Shown in pieces: positions 1-10,046 of a DNA stretch of 64,000 nt. A program made the position numbers and the translations under genes. The first letter of the stretch is position 1. Each line of letters starts with the position of its first letter. Below the pieces are notes generated by a model, which was not told the DNA's origin, did not search any database, and was given only the letters and a program-made list of their open reading frames with translations. The DNA comes from Acidobacteria bacterium 28-9 (GTDB lineage Bacteria; Acidobacteriota; Blastocatellia; Pyrinomonadales; Pyrinomonadaceae). The DNA lies in the NCBI GenBank assembly GCA_002050355.1, contig MWYY01000062.1:73247-137246 (forward strand), in the 5' to 3' direction.

Positions 1-1
1 C

Positions 2-1801
2 GATAAAAACGTCTCGCCTTTTGAAGGTCAGACTGCGCAGTTGAACGGAATTGTAACGGCGCGATTAAAAAGCGGATTTTTTATTCAAACGCCGGATGAT
101 AAAACGGACAATAATCCGGCAACGTCCGAAGGCATTTACGTTTTTACGGGAAGCGAGCCGACAAGCGACGCAACCGTCGGAAATCTCGTAACGGTTACCG
201 GATTTGTTACCGAATTTCGACCGAAAGCCGAGCCTGCAAGTTTGCCTTTGACTGAACTTTCGATGAAGAAAGGAACCGATACGATAAAAGTCGTTTCCAA
301 AGGCAGTGCTCTGCCGAAACCGATTGTTTTAACCGCCGCCGATTTCGCGCCGAACCAGATTGACGAACTCGAAAAATACGAAGGAATGCGCGTCGAAATT
401 TCCGCGCTGACCGTTGTTGCGCCGACAAGGGGCAGAGTTAACGACAAGAATGCAGCTTCCGTTTCCGACGGCGTTTTTTACGCAGTTTTAAAAGGTATGG
501 CGAGACCGTTTCGCGCGCCTGGAATGGACGTTTATGATTACTACTTCTCAAAGGACAAGGATGAGTTGAAGAAAAATTTTCCTAAACTTTTGGTTTTCGA
601 TTCCAACCCTGAAACACTGCGCGTTGACAGCGACGAGCAATTAGGCGCGCAAACGATTGAAGTTACCAGCGGAGCGGAAATCAAAAATCTCGTCGGCGTA
701 ATGCATTACGGTTACCAGAAATACACGATTCTGCCGGACGCTGGCTTAAAGCCGGAGATTTCCGGCTTGATAAAATCCGAACCTTTGCCAGCGCCGACCG
801 AGCGGCAATTTGCGATTGTCGGGATGAATCTGGAAAACTTTTTCGACGACCAGGACGACCCTTCGATAAAAGAAGACATCGTAACGACCGAAGCGTTTGA
901 AAAAAGGTTAAAGAAAATCTCGACGGCGATTCGCTTGTATATGCGAAACCCGGACGTTATCGGCGCGGTCGAAGCGGAAAATCCGGCGGCTCTGAAACGG
1001 CTTGCGCAAAAAATCAATGATGATACGGTTGCCGATGGGAAGCCAAACCCGAAATACGAAGCATATTTGATTGAAGGTAATGACGGACGCGGTATTGATG
1101 TCGGTTTTCTTGTCAAATCTTCGCGCGTCAATGTCGTCGAAGTAAAGCAATTCGGTAAGGACGACCAATATAGAAATCCCGAAAAGAAGGAAAACGAAAT
1201 TTTAAACGACCGTCCGCCGCTTCTTCTCAAAGCAACCATAAACGACCCGAAAAACAATCAACCGTTTGGCTTTACGGTCGTCGTCAATCACTTGAAATCG
1301 TTTCTCGGTTACGAAACCGACCGCGTGCGGCAAAAGAAAAAAGCGCAAGCCGAATTTCTTGCAAAGTTCGTGCAGGAACGCCAAAAGGCTGACCCGAACG
1401 AGCGTATTGTTTTGGTTGGCGATTTCAACGCTTTTCACTTTCCCGACGGAGTTCTCGATGTTATCGGCACAATAAAAGGAACGCCCGCGCCAAAAGGACG
1501 AGTTTTAATAGCATCTGACGATTTGGTCAATACAAATTTAACGAATTTGGTCGATTTGATAAAGGAAGAACAGCGTTTTTCGTATGTTTATGACGGCAAC
1601 GCGCAGGTTCTCGACCATATGATTGTAACGGAAGCGATGAAAAAGCATCTTGCCGGCTTCGGCTACTCGCGCCTGAACGCGGATTTTCCCGAATCTTATC
1701 GCGGCGATGCAAATCGTGTAGAGCGTTTTTCAGACCACGACCCGGCGATTGGATATTTTTCTTTTGACGAAAAATCAACGGCGACGACGGTAAAGCAATA
1801 A
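2..1801 (+). CDS. Extracellular nuclease of the endonuclease/exonuclease/phosphatase (EEP) family, ExeM/NucH-like; 5' end runs off the window
   Basis: The frame stays open upstream of the listed TTG at 41 to the window edge (DKNVSPFEGQTAQ...). The N-terminal OB-like segment is GIVTA...GFFIQTPDD. EEP blocks are present: IVGMNLENFFD, VNHLKS, LVGDFN, LDHMIV, SDHDP. Confidence 0.7.
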   Translation, partial: DKNVSPFEGQTAQLNGIVTARLKSGFFIQTPDDKTDNNPATSEGIYVFTGSEPTSDATVGNLVTVTGFVTEFRPKAEPASLPLTELSMKKGTDTIKVVSKGSALPKPIVLTAADFAPNQIDELEKYEGMRVEISALTVVAPTRGRVNDKNAASVSDGVFYAVLKGMARPFRAPGMDVYDYYFSKDKDELKKNFPKLLVFDSNPETLRVDSDEQLGAQTIEVTSGAEIKNLVGVMHYGYQKYTILPDAGLKPEISGLIKSEPLPAPTERQFAIVGMNLENFFDDQDDPSIKEDIVTTEAFEKRLKKISTAIRLYMRNPDVIGAVEAENPAALKRLAQKINDDTVADGKPNPKYEAYLIEGNDGRGIDVGFLVKSSRVNVVEVKQFGKDDQYRNPEKKENEILNDRPPLLLKATINDPKNNQPFGFTVVVNHLKSFLGYETDRVRQKKKAQAEFLAKFVQERQKADPNERIVLVGDFNAFHFPDGVLDVIGTIKGTPAPKGRVLIASDDLVNTNLTNLVDLIKEEQRFSYVYDGNAQVLDHMIVTEAMKKHLAGFGYSRLNADFPESYRGDANRVERFSDHDPAIGYFSFDEKSTATTVKQ

Positions 1802-1807
1802 AACAAG

Positions 1808-1871
1808 AAATAAACCACATATAACCACAGATTTTTATTTAATTTTATCTGTGTTTATTTGTGGTTTATTT
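1808..1871. terminator. Bidirectional hairpin between convergent genes
   Basis: aaataaaccaca (1808-1819) pairs with tgtggtttattt (1860-1871). The inner pair is cacagat (1826-1832) with atctgtg (1847-1853). Confidence 0.5.
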
Positions 1872-1892
1872 CCCGATGTTCGTTTCCGGTTT

Positions 1893-2117
1893 CTAACTTT
1901 TAGGAAAAGCGTTTTTATACGCCTGAACCGCATCTGCCGCGCCCGCGTGCATAATTTCAGGTTTGTGATAACGCCAGTGTTTTTCAAATTCCTCGTCCGA
2001 CATTTTCGGTTTTGTCACGCGCTCCTGTGATTTCAAAAAATTTTCGCACCAATCGCGTATTTCCTGATTTTGATTCAACGCCGTTCGCGCTCCGTGCATC
2101 ATATTGTCTCGCTGCAT
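1893..2117 (-). CDS. Small hypothetical protein (74 aa)
   Basis: Charged, helical-looking ORF with composition typical of this genome. It overlaps only the implausible N-terminal extension of the 2012 ORF. No family recognised. Confidence 0.4.
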   Translation of the reverse strand: MQRDNMMHGARTALNQNQEIRDWCENFLKSQERVTKPKMSDEEFEKHWRYHKPEIMHAGAADAVQAYKNAFPKS

Positions 2118-2218
2118 TTTATGATTTCTCCTTTATGATAGATTTCTGTATAAAAACTTTTTCGCAATTTTTGCGTAAAAACTTAAAATTTATGTTTTAT
2201 TTTCCGGGAGTTTCTTTA

Positions 2219-3739
2219 GTGAAAAAATTTTTAATTGCCTTGTTACTCGTTTTATCCGCTTTCAACTTAAATTTCGCACAAACCGCAACCGGTAAGCAAC
2301 CTGCCGCTGCCGCAAAAACGGCGACTGCGAAAACTGCTGCCGCGCAAGGCATCGAAGTTCCGTTTGTCAATCGGACTTTGCCAAACGGTCTGGAAGTAAT
2401 CGTTTTGGCGGACAAAAGCGTGCCGTTGGCGACCGTGGAATTAGCCGTTCGCAACGGCTCTTTTACCGAACCGCCGGAGCTAAGCGGTTTGTCGCATATG
2501 TTTGAACATATGTTCTTTAAGCCAAATCAGGCGTCTCTGCTCTATCGGTGCCAGCTTGCCGAGCAATACGGTAACGTAACGTATTACAACAATCAAAATT
2601 GTTCGGAAAAAGCAAAATTCAAATCCCAAATCGGCAGTGTCGCGTATTTGAACGACGCCGAACAGCTCGACATCTTCAACGGCAGAACTCAGGAAGAAGT
2701 CGTCGAGTATTTTTACACGACGACAAGCCCATATTTGTTGAGTGCGATGCGCCTTATCAACGATGCGGTTCGTTATCCGACTTTTGACGAAAACGAGTTT
2801 GCGCAGGAAAAAAACGTGGTTGTCGGCGAGATTGACCGCAATGAAGCAAATCCGTTTTACTACCTCGACCGAGCCTTAAAGGATAAACTTTATTACAAAT
2901 ATCCAACACGCAAAAACCCTTTGGGAACGCGCGAATCGATTTTGACGGCGACAACCGACAAAATGCGTTTGATTCAATCGCGCTATTACGTGCCGAATAA
3001 TGCGGCTCTGGTTGTTACCGGCGATGTCAACGCCGAAGAAGTTTTCAAATTAGCCGAGCAGACTTTCGGAAGCTGGGAACGGCGAAAGGTTGACCCGTTT
3101 AAGGAATTTCCGCTTGTCGAACATCCGCCGCTTCAAAAAAGCGAAGGAGTGATTGTCGAGCAGCCCGTGCAAAATGTGCTGGTTAATATCGGTTGGCAAG
3201 GACCTTCGGTTGGCAAAGACGATGCGGCGACATACGCGGCAGACGTTTTTTCTTTTATTCTGACGCAGCCCGATTCGCGTTTTCAGCGCGCTATGGTTGA
3301 TTCCGGTCTGGTCGCGGCGGTTGACATCGGTTATTACACGCAGAGAAACGTCGGACCGATTCAATTGAGTTTGATTACGACGCCCGACAAAGCCAAAGCC
3401 GCGCTTCGTGCCGCTTACGCCGAAATCGCGCAGTTTGATAAACCCGATTATTTTACCGACGTAGAATTAGGAAACGCCAGAACGCTGGTCGAATCCAGAG
3501 ATTTGTTCGAGCGCGAAAAAATCAGCGATTACTCGCACACTTTGAGTTTCTGGTGGTCTTCGACCGGAATTGATTATTTTCGCGGTTATTACAGAAACTT
3601 ACGCGCCGTCTCGCGTAATGATTTAAACCGCTATGTCAGAACTTATATTCAAGGTAAGCCCCACGTCGCCATCGCGCTCGTTTCGCAGAAAGCGCAAGCT
3701 GAAGCCAAAATTACGCCCGAAGATTTAATAGGAAAATAA
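2219..3739 (+). CDS. M16 (pitrilysin/insulinase) family zinc peptidase, catalytic-type subunit, secreted
   Basis: The HxxEH zinc motif HMFEH is at 2495-2509. A signal peptide VKKFLIALLLVLSAFNLNFAQ starts at GTG 2219 (alternative ATG 2192). The upstream part of the listed ORF (from 2012) overlaps the opposite-strand gene and looks non-coding. Confidence 0.85.
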   Translation: MKKFLIALLLVLSAFNLNFAQTATGKQPAAAAKTATAKTAAAQGIEVPFVNRTLPNGLEVIVLADKSVPLATVELAVRNGSFTEPPELSGLSHMFEHMFFKPNQASLLYRCQLAEQYGNVTYYNNQNCSEKAKFKSQIGSVAYLNDAEQLDIFNGRTQEEVVEYFYTTTSPYLLSAMRLINDAVRYPTFDENEFAQEKNVVVGEIDRNEANPFYYLDRALKDKLYYKYPTRKNPLGTRESILTATTDKMRLIQSRYYVPNNAALVVTGDVNAEEVFKLAEQTFGSWERRKVDPFKEFPLVEHPPLQKSEGVIVEQPVQNVLVNIGWQGPSVGKDDAATYAADVFSFILTQPDSRFQRAMVDSGLVAAVDIGYYTQRNVGPIQLSLITTPDKAKAALRAAYAEIAQFDKPDYFTDVELGNARTLVESRDLFEREKISDYSHTLSFWWSSTGIDYFRGYYRNLRAVSRNDLNRYVRTYIQGKPHVAIALVSQKAQAEAKITPEDLIGK

Positions 3740-3741
3740 AT

Positions 3742-5106
3742 ATGAAAGTAATCAGATGTCAGATGTCAGATGTCAGTAAAACGCTTTTATTGACACTTGT
3801 TTTTATAACTTTTACAATTTCCACTTTTGCTCAAACGGTGGCGGGCAACAAAGCGAGTATTGCCGGGCAAACCGCGCTCGTAACGGAATTTGACGTAAAC
3901 GGCTTGAAGGTTCTGGTCAAACACCGCGCCAATTCGCCGACCGTCGCCGCCGGACTTTTTATACGCGGCGGCGCGCGCAACATCAACGCCCAAAACGCCG
4001 GAATCGAAAATCTGATGCTTGAAGTTTCGACCGAAAGCAGTAAAAGTTTTCCGCGCGAAACTCTGCGGCGCGAACTGGCAAGCACGGGAAGCAGCATCAA
4101 TTCGGGCGCAACGAACGATTACAGCGTTTTGAGTCTGGCTTCGACTCGTCAGAATTTTGACCGCTCGTGGAATGTTTTTACAGACATCGCACTTAACCCG
4201 ATTTTTGCCACCGCAGACCTTGAGCAGGTGCGGCAGAGACTTGCCACCGGCTTGCGCGAACAGGAAACCGACAACGATAATTTTTTGCATATTTTGCAAG
4301 ACCGCATTATTTACGCCAACCACCCTTATGCAAATTCGGTGAGTGGAACGCTCGACACGATAAATCGTTTAACTGCTAAAGATTTGAGCGAATATCACAA
4401 AAAAGTTATGCAGACTTCACAGCTTCTGCTCGTTGTTGTCGGCGACATTGACGCCAAGGATTTGCAAACGCGCGTCGCCGCAACTTTAGGAAAATTGCCG
4501 CGCGGCAATTACAAAGAGCAGGCATTTCCCGCGCTGGATTTTTCCAAAGCGACGCTGGACGTAACCCCGCGCACTTTGCCGACCAATTACGTGCAGGGCG
4601 TTTTTAATGCTCCGTCGCCGAATAATCCTGATTATTATGCGATGCGCGTCGCGATAGCGCTTTTGCAGAGCCGCGTCTTCGACGAAGTTCGTCTCAAACG
4701 CCAGCTTTCCTATGCGCCGAATGCAGAACTTGACTCTTTTGCCGTAAATACGGGAAACATTTACGTAACGGCAGTTGACGCCAACCAAGCTGTCAGCGTA
4801 ATGCTTAACGAGGTAAAAAATCTGCAAACTAGAACCATCAACCCGGAAATACTGGAAAGTATTTCCGGACATTTTTTGACAAAGTATTACCTCGCACAGG
4901 AAACCAACGGCGCGCAAGCCGCCGAGATTGCCAAATACGAGCTTATCGGCGGTGGCTGGCGCAATGCGTTTCAATTTCTCGACAAAGTGCGCGAAGTAAC
5001 CCCGCAAGATATACAAACCGTTTCAAACAAATACATAAAAAATTTACGCTTTGTCGTCGTCGGAAATCCGCAGGCAGTCAATAAAGATATTTTCCTGCAA
5101 AATTAG
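3742..5106 (+). CDS. M16 family peptidase, non-catalytic-type partner (no HxxEH)
   Basis: M16 fold-like sequence follows 2 nt after the first M16 gene. The zinc-motif position reads GIENLMLEV. Signal peptide is TLLLTLVFITFTISTFAQ. The start could instead be ATG 3763, inside the heptamer repeat. Confidence 0.8.
   Translation: MKVIRCQMSDVSKTLLLTLVFITFTISTFAQTVAGNKASIAGQTALVTEFDVNGLKVLVKHRANSPTVAAGLFIRGGARNINAQNAGIENLMLEVSTESSKSFPRETLRRELASTGSSINSGATNDYSVLSLASTRQNFDRSWNVFTDIALNPIFATADLEQVRQRLATGLREQETDNDNFLHILQDRIIYANHPYANSVSGTLDTINRLTAKDLSEYHKKVMQTSQLLLVVVGDIDAKDLQTRVAATLGKLPRGNYKEQAFPALDFSKATLDVTPRTLPTNYVQGVFNAPSPNNPDYYAMRVAIALLQSRVFDEVRLKRQLSYAPNAELDSFAVNTGNIYVTAVDANQAVSVMLNEVKNLQTRTINPEILESISGHFLTKYYLAQETNGAQAAEIAKYELIGGGWRNAFQFLDKVREVTPQDIQTVSNKYIKNLRFVVVGNPQAVNKDIFLQN
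3753..3776 (+). repeat. Perfect heptanucleotide tandem repeat (CAGATGT) x3.4 at the 5' end of the CDS
   Basis: Read directly as cagatgt cagatgt cagatgt cag. It translates as RCQMSDVS upstream of the signal peptide. Confidence 0.9.
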
Positions 5107-5130
5107 GATTTACCGGTTTTTAACGGAAAA

Positions 5131-5182
5131 CTAAAAAAGAGTAAAAGTGAAAAAAGTTTATGTCGCTTTTACTCTTTTTTAG
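5131..5182. terminator. Bidirectional rho-independent-type hairpin
   Basis: ctaaaaaagagtaaaag (5131-5147) pairs perfectly with cttttactcttttttag (5166-5182). It lies between convergent genes and has A/T runs on both sides. Confidence 0.6.
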
Positions 5183-5188
5183 TTTTGA

Positions 5189-7192
5189 TTAGCCGTCTTT
5201 TTCAGTCGACTTTTCCCTCTCCTTACGCGGCGGCTCAGGTTCGGTTTTCCGCTCCGGCTTCGGCGGTTTTTCCTCGCGCGGTTCAGGTTTCGGTTCGATG
5301 CGCGGCGGCTCAGGTCGCGGCTCAACTCGCGTTGGCGGCTGTTCGGAGCGCGGCGGTTGTTCACGTTCCGGCGGTTTTTGCTGTTGTTCCTCTCTGCGCT
5401 GCTCCTGCTCTTGTTGCTGAGAGGGTGGAGCGTAGCTGGGCGGCATCTGTTCACGCTCGCGGTTTCTGCTGCGCGGTTTGTATGCCGGCTGTTCGACGTT
5501 GCCTTCTTGAGATTTTTCTCTCGTTTCCGGATTGTCGTTGTCGCTGCCGCCACGCACAATTCCCGAATGCGGCAGACGCCTGACCGCACCCGTTTTTGGT
5601 CTTTCCGGGTTTCCGCCATCTTCTTTCGGCGCGCTCGGCAGAGTTCTTTCAACCGGCAGGCGATTACCGTAAATGCGTTCGTTGCGAAGACCTTCGTCAA
5701 GCGAAGTTCCTTCGTTTCTCTGGCTTGCTCCCGTCTGAATTTCCCGTCTGATTTTTCCGACGCGGGGATTGTCAACCAGAATTTCTCTGCTGATGTTGCC
5801 GTTTAAATCCGTGTATGTCGGGAGAATCGGCGGCTTTTCGGTTTCAAGCGGCATTCGAGACAAAACCTGTCTCGCCAGTTCCGGCGGCGCGGTCATAAAA
5901 CCTTTTGTTCTCCTGCCGAAGTCGCTGGCGTCAACCGCGACAACAGCTTTCGGCGGAACATCAAATTCCAGCGGCTTTCTTTCAAATCTGGAATTTTTCC
6001 CTCTCGCATTTTTTTCGCCGATTACCGGAGTCGGCGCAGGCGTCGGATTTACGATAACGGTTGTGTTATTGATAATCGTCGTGCGGCGACGGTCAATGTA
6101 AGTGGAGTTATAATTGTAATAATTGTTTTCATAAGGCAGCGGATACCAGCAAATTAAACTTCCCGAATAAGTTACGACAACTAAAGCCGGATGCCACCAA
6201 TTTCGGCGGGCGCGGTGCTGCGAATAAGGCGTCCAAACCCAGCCGTTATCAATGTAAACCCAGCGTCCGTGATGATACGTCGCCCAGCCCCAAGGCTCGT
6301 CGTTGACCCACGTCCAGCCGTAAGGCGGAACCCAGCGCCAGTGCCCGTAACGATACGGCGACCAATTGGCGTAATCGCTGACTGCGTTTGGAAAAGGACG
6401 CCAAACGTAACCGTATTTTTTCGTATAAATCCATTCGCCGTATTCGCTCAAATCTTCCGCGCCGTAAACATCGCGGTCATAATACTTATCGTAAGCCGCA
6501 TTTTGCAGACGCTTGGCAATCGTCGCATCACGCTCTAAAGCCCAAGTGTCAAAATCGTCTGCGTAACGCCCGGCGTCAGAGGTTTCCCACTCGCCCGCGT
6601 AATTTCCTTCCAGATAAATTCGCGCGCTTCTGCCGTTGCGAAGAACGAAGCCTGAATTTTCCGAATAAAGCCGCGCTTCGCCGTCGTCGGTAACGGTTAC
6701 GCGAACTTCCGGCTTACGGCTTTCGCCCGCATCGACGCGATACATTCCGGCTCGCTGCACGGCGACAGTTGTTTTCGGCGCATCAACTTCAAAATAACTG
6801 CGCTGTTTATCAAACGCCAAAACGCGCAGGCTCAAACTTCCCTGCGACAAACTAACCGCGATACCTTCGTCTTTCAAAGTTGTAATTTTCAGATATGAGT
6901 TTTCGGTAAGACGCAGGTAGTTACGACTGTCGAACTGTATTTCCAGGCGCGAGTTTGCATCGGTAGTAATTTCATCGCCTTCGACAATCGGTAAATTTTG
7001 CGCGGCGCGTTCCCAATCGCGGCTGCCGATTCGTTTGATTTTCGCATCGCCGCGCAAAAAACCAATTCGTGCAACCCGCGCCGTAACATTCGGCGTGTAA
7101 TCGTCGGCAGAGGCAAAAACGTTTGCCGTGTTCAAAAACAAAAAGGGCAGCAGGAGCGGAAATACCCAAAGAAAATTTCGTGCAGGACGCAT
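5189..7192 (-). CDS. Secreted FecR-domain / DUF6600-like protein with Pro/Glu/Arg-rich C-terminal tail
   Basis: Signal peptide is present. A FecR-like segment reads RIGFLRGDAKIKR...EGDEITTDANSRLEIQF. A Trp/Tyr/Gly-rich block reads YGYVWRP...YGHWRWVPPYGWTWV...WGWATYHHGRWVY. The last ~120 aa are low complexity (EPRPEPPRIEPKPEPREEKPPKPE). Confidence 0.7.
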   Translation of the reverse strand: MRPARNFLWVFPLLLPFLFLNTANVFASADDYTPNVTARVARIGFLRGDAKIKRIGSRDWERAAQNLPIVEGDEITTDANSRLEIQFDSRNYLRLTENSYLKITTLKDEGIAVSLSQGSLSLRVLAFDKQRSYFEVDAPKTTVAVQRAGMYRVDAGESRKPEVRVTVTDDGEARLYSENSGFVLRNGRSARIYLEGNYAGEWETSDAGRYADDFDTWALERDATIAKRLQNAAYDKYYDRDVYGAEDLSEYGEWIYTKKYGYVWRPFPNAVSDYANWSPYRYGHWRWVPPYGWTWVNDEPWGWATYHHGRWVYIDNGWVWTPYSQHRARRNWWHPALVVVTYSGSLICWYPLPYENNYYNYNSTYIDRRRTTIINNTTVIVNPTPAPTPVIGEKNARGKNSRFERKPLEFDVPPKAVVAVDASDFGRRTKGFMTAPPELARQVLSRMPLETEKPPILPTYTDLNGNISREILVDNPRVGKIRREIQTGASQRNEGTSLDEGLRNERIYGNRLPVERTLPSAPKEDGGNPERPKTGAVRRLPHSGIVRGGSDNDNPETREKSQEGNVEQPAYKPRSRNREREQMPPSYAPPSQQQEQEQRREEQQQKPPEREQPPRSEQPPTRVEPRPEPPRIEPKPEPREEKPPKPERKTEPEPPRKEREKSTEKDG

Positions 7193-7547
7193 AAGTTTTT
7201 CTCCTCGAAATTTAGATTTTCCTTTTGGGGAAAGTGGCTCAGTAAAATTTCTTCAACTGTTTGCCGCGCTTGAAGGCAAAAATTATACCGACCCGGAAAT
7301 AAACTTTCCCTCGTGCTTCCGCATTGAATTTGTTGACTAAAAGTAAAAGTAAAAAATTTATGCCGAACCAAATCGTGCAGCGGAAAAAATATCAAATACG
7401 AAATAGTATAAAATCTCTGAGACGAAAATTATTTATTACTAACAGTTTTCGGTATAATCAATAAAACTTTTCATTGCAATTTTGCAACTAAAAGTTTTTC
7501 GCTTTATAAATTAGCATATAAAATTTTTTGTAAAAGGACTTATAAAA

Positions 7548-8129
7548 ATGAAAAAATTAGCATTCATAAATATTATTGTCTTAACCGCCGTTTTCGCGGC
7601 TTTCGGACAAAAAACTACGACGACAATCAGACCGAAAGTTGTAACGGTAACAAAAACGCAGACAGTAAAAACCGAAACAACAGCAACAACGCCGCAAACA
7701 GCCGGTCAAAAAAGCGTGCGCGCCGCTTTCGACCGCCTTATCGAAGGCATCAAACAAGTTGACGCCGATAAAGTAATGAGCGTTTATCAAAACTCCGACA
7801 ATATTCTTTTCTTCAACAACAACGGCACGGCGACAATCGGCTGGGAAACGATGAAGAAAAATCGTGATTCCTCTTACCCTAAAACTAAAAATGTTACTTT
7901 AGACCCGACGGGCGTGCGCGTCGAGATGCTCGGCAGAGACGCGGCGTATGTAACCTGCAAATGGAAACAGACGCAGGAATACGATGGAAATCTCGAATCG
8001 GCTTCGGGCAGAATGACGCTCGTTTTCCGGCTTATCGGCAAAGATTGGAAAGTCGTTCACCTGCACACATCGCCCGACAATCCGGCGGCGACGCGCCCGG
8101 TTTTACCGTCAGAGAGAGACAATCAATAA
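7548..8129 (+). CDS. Secreted NTF2-like (DUF4440/SnoaL-like) protein
   Basis: Signal peptide, then a Thr-rich linker, then an NTF2-like core (AAFDRLIEGIKQVDADKVMSVY...WKVVHLHTS). Confidence 0.55.
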   Translation: MKKLAFINIIVLTAVFAAFGQKTTTTIRPKVVTVTKTQTVKTETTATTPQTAGQKSVRAAFDRLIEGIKQVDADKVMSVYQNSDNILFFNNNGTATIGWETMKKNRDSSYPKTKNVTLDPTGVRVEMLGRDAAYVTCKWKQTQEYDGNLESASGRMTLVFRLIGKDWKVVHLHTSPDNPAATRPVLPSERDNQ

Positions 8130-8176
8130 TCAATTAGCCAGGAGCAGACATGAAAATCAATCGTGTTTGTTTCTGG

Positions 8177-8557
8177 CTATATCTTTTCCAAAATAACTTG
8201 AGCAATTGCGTGGTCTGTTGTGTGCGACATTGAAAGAAGAACTCGATTTGCACCTAAGTTTTCTAAAATTTTATTTGCCTCGCCTTGAATTTTCAAACTC
8301 GGAACGCCGGTATCATTTGAGACAATTTCAATATCGTGCCACGTAATACCGCCGCGCCAACCCGTCTGCAACGCTTTCAAACACGCTTCTTTGGCGGCAA
8401 AACGCGCGGCATAAGATTGTGCCGCCGCTACTTGCTTAGCTTCGCAGTAAGCGCGTTCGCTTTTGGTGAAAACCCGCTCGACAAAACGCGGCGTTCTCGT
8501 CAGGATTTCGCGGATGCGATAAACTTCAACAATGTCTATTCCGATTGAAACAATCAC
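8177..8557 (-). CDS. acpS: Holo-[acyl-carrier-protein] synthase
   Basis: 126 aa with the GIDIVEV start motif, and FAAKEA...KA and ISLSH-like (LSMSHT) blocks typical of AcpS. Confidence 0.9.
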   Translation of the reverse strand: MIVSIGIDIVEVYRIREILTRTPRFVERVFTKSERAYCEAKQVAAAQSYAARFAAKEACLKALQTGWRGGITWHDIEIVSNDTGVPSLKIQGEANKILENLGANRVLLSMSHTTDHAIAQVILEKI

Positions 8558-9428
8558 AAAGCCGGTTCAAAGCTCAAAGTCTAAAATTCAAAGTGATGAA
8601 AGTTTAACCGAAAACGGCTTTTATTGGCGAGAGAAAAACGGCGTAAAAGTTCTTGTCTGTCGCGCGTTGGAAGAAAATGGTTTTACAAACGGTTTTTCGA
8701 CACGTCTCGGCGGCGTATCTTCTTTTCCCAAAAATGATTTGAATCTGGCAGGCTTTGGCGAAGACACGGACAAAAATATACTTGAAAACCGAAGGCGTTT
8801 TTTGCAGGTTTTCGACGGTAATTTTCAACTTGCAACCGCGTGGCAAGTTCACGGCGACGCGGTTAAAGTAGTTAAAAATTTGGCGCAAGCCACGGAAGGC
8901 AGCGGAAAATTCGACGCGCTTGTTTCAAATCTTCCGGGTATTTTGGTCGGCGTGAAAACCGCTGACTGCGTTCCGATTTTGCTCGGCGATGCGAAAACAC
9001 AAGCGTTTGCAGCGGTTCATGCCGGTTGGCGCGGAACCGTGCAGTCTATTGTCAAGAAATCTGTTGAGAGAATGCGCGCTGAATTCGGCACGAAAACGGA
9101 AGATTTAACGTGTGCGATTGGCGCGGCGGCAAGTTGCAAAAATTACGAAATCGGGCAGGAAGTGATTGACGCCTTTCAAACAAATTTCCCCGATTCCGAA
9201 CATCTTTTTACGCCTACACGCGAAAATCACGCTCTTGTGGATTTGCATCTCGCTAACGAAGAACAACTCGTTTCAGTCGGAGTTTTGCCCGAAAACATAT
9301 TCGTCGCGCCTTTTTGCACGATAGACAGAACCGATTTGTTTTTTTCTTATCGCAGCGAAAAAAAACTCTACGGCAAAACGGGACGATTGCTTTCTGTTAT
9401 TGGGTTGAAAGCGAAAGTCGAGACGTGA
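8532..9428 (+). CDS. pgeF: Peptidoglycan editing factor PgeF (YfiH/laccase-domain protein)
   Basis: GFSTRLGG, QVHGDAV, ADCVPILL, HAGWRG and FSYR motifs are present. The N-terminal ~25 aa are encoded by a heptamer-repeat tract and overlap the acpS start by 26 nt on the opposite strand. Confidence 0.85.
   Translation: MSIPIETITKPVQSSKSKIQSDESLTENGFYWREKNGVKVLVCRALEENGFTNGFSTRLGGVSSFPKNDLNLAGFGEDTDKNILENRRRFLQVFDGNFQLATAWQVHGDAVKVVKNLAQATEGSGKFDALVSNLPGILVGVKTADCVPILLGDAKTQAFAAVHAGWRGTVQSIVKKSVERMRAEFGTKTEDLTCAIGAAASCKNYEIGQEVIDAFQTNFPDSEHLFTPTRENHALVDLHLANEEQLVSVGVLPENIFVAPFCTIDRTDLFFSYRSEKKLYGKTGRLLSVIGLKAKVET
8565..8599 (+). repeat. Degenerate heptanucleotide tandem repeat inside the pgeF 5' region
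   Basis: GTTCAAA GCTCAAA GTCTAAA ATTCAAA GTGATGA, translated as VQSSKSKIQSDE. Confidence 0.7.
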
Positions 9429-9521
9429 AGATAAGGAGATTTGCTTTGTCATTCAAAATCTAAAGTTTCAAAATGGCATGTAAACAAAGATTTTTCTCCG
9501 CTTTTTCTTTCCTCGCCGTCC

Positions 9522-9998
9522 TTATTTAACCCGTGCCGTCAAAGTAATTTCCTGAGTTTTCGGTGGGTAGCAAACTTCGTTCGTACAAGTTTGATAGCGA
9601 ACCGTCGCGCGCACTTTGACGACATTTCCTTTGAAATTTGCGGGAACGGATAAATTAAAACCAAACGCTGCGCGTCCTTCATAAACGTTCAGCGTGTCTT
9701 CGGAGAACTCGAATCTGCGCGATTTGCCGCGCGGATAGCTGACGCCGCCGACGCGCGCGCCGCTCATTGCCGTTAATTTTACAACCGTCGGAATCGAGTA
9801 TTCGTTTCCCGGACGATTTGAATTGGCATGCAAACCGTTTGGAACGTTCATCACGATTGTGCCTCTGGTCGAACCGCCGCGCTTGACCGCGCCGATTGAA
9901 CCGTTTATGCCAACAGATTGCGCATATGTTCCAACAAGCGAACCGGACACGAAAACGAAAATTAAAGATAAAATTGCAGTAAATAAATGTTTTTTCAT
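9522..9998 (-). CDS. Secreted protein with DsbD/DsbC N-terminal-like (thiol-disulfide interchange) domain
   Basis: Start re-picked at ATG 9998, giving signal peptide MKKHLFTAILSLIFVFVSG. The C-terminal YQTCTNEVCYPP motif is typical of DsbD alpha-domain-like proteins. Confidence 0.55.
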   Translation of the reverse strand: MKKHLFTAILSLIFVFVSGSLVGTYAQSVGINGSIGAVKRGGSTRGTIVMNVPNGLHANSNRPGNEYSIPTVVKLTAMSGARVGGVSYPRGKSRRFEFSEDTLNVYEGRAAFGFNLSVPANFKGNVVKVRATVRYQTCTNEVCYPPKTQEITLTARVK

Positions 9999-10046
9999 AA
10001 TTTTTTCTCTCACAAGATTGATGGTTTTGCATCGCGGCAAGATGCA

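Noticed and set aside
2012-2218. N-terminal 60-70 codons of the listed 575-aa M16 ORF
   Set aside because: This part overlaps the convergent-looking small gene 1893-2117 and has no protein-like character. A proper signal peptide begins at 2219 (or 2192).
5185-5806. Two plus-strand ORFs (132 and 149 aa) rich in Ala/Val/Arg/Leu
   Set aside because: They are antisense readings of the Pro/Glu/Arg-rich low-complexity tail of the FecR/DUF6600 gene. Repetitive composition keeps several frames open.
7193-7547. 355-nt AT-rich intergenic region checked for a small RNA or riboswitch
   Set aside because: I could not recognise any conserved structured-RNA motif (RNase P, tmRNA, SRP, 6S, common riboswitch cores). 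It most likely holds divergent promoters for the flanking genes.
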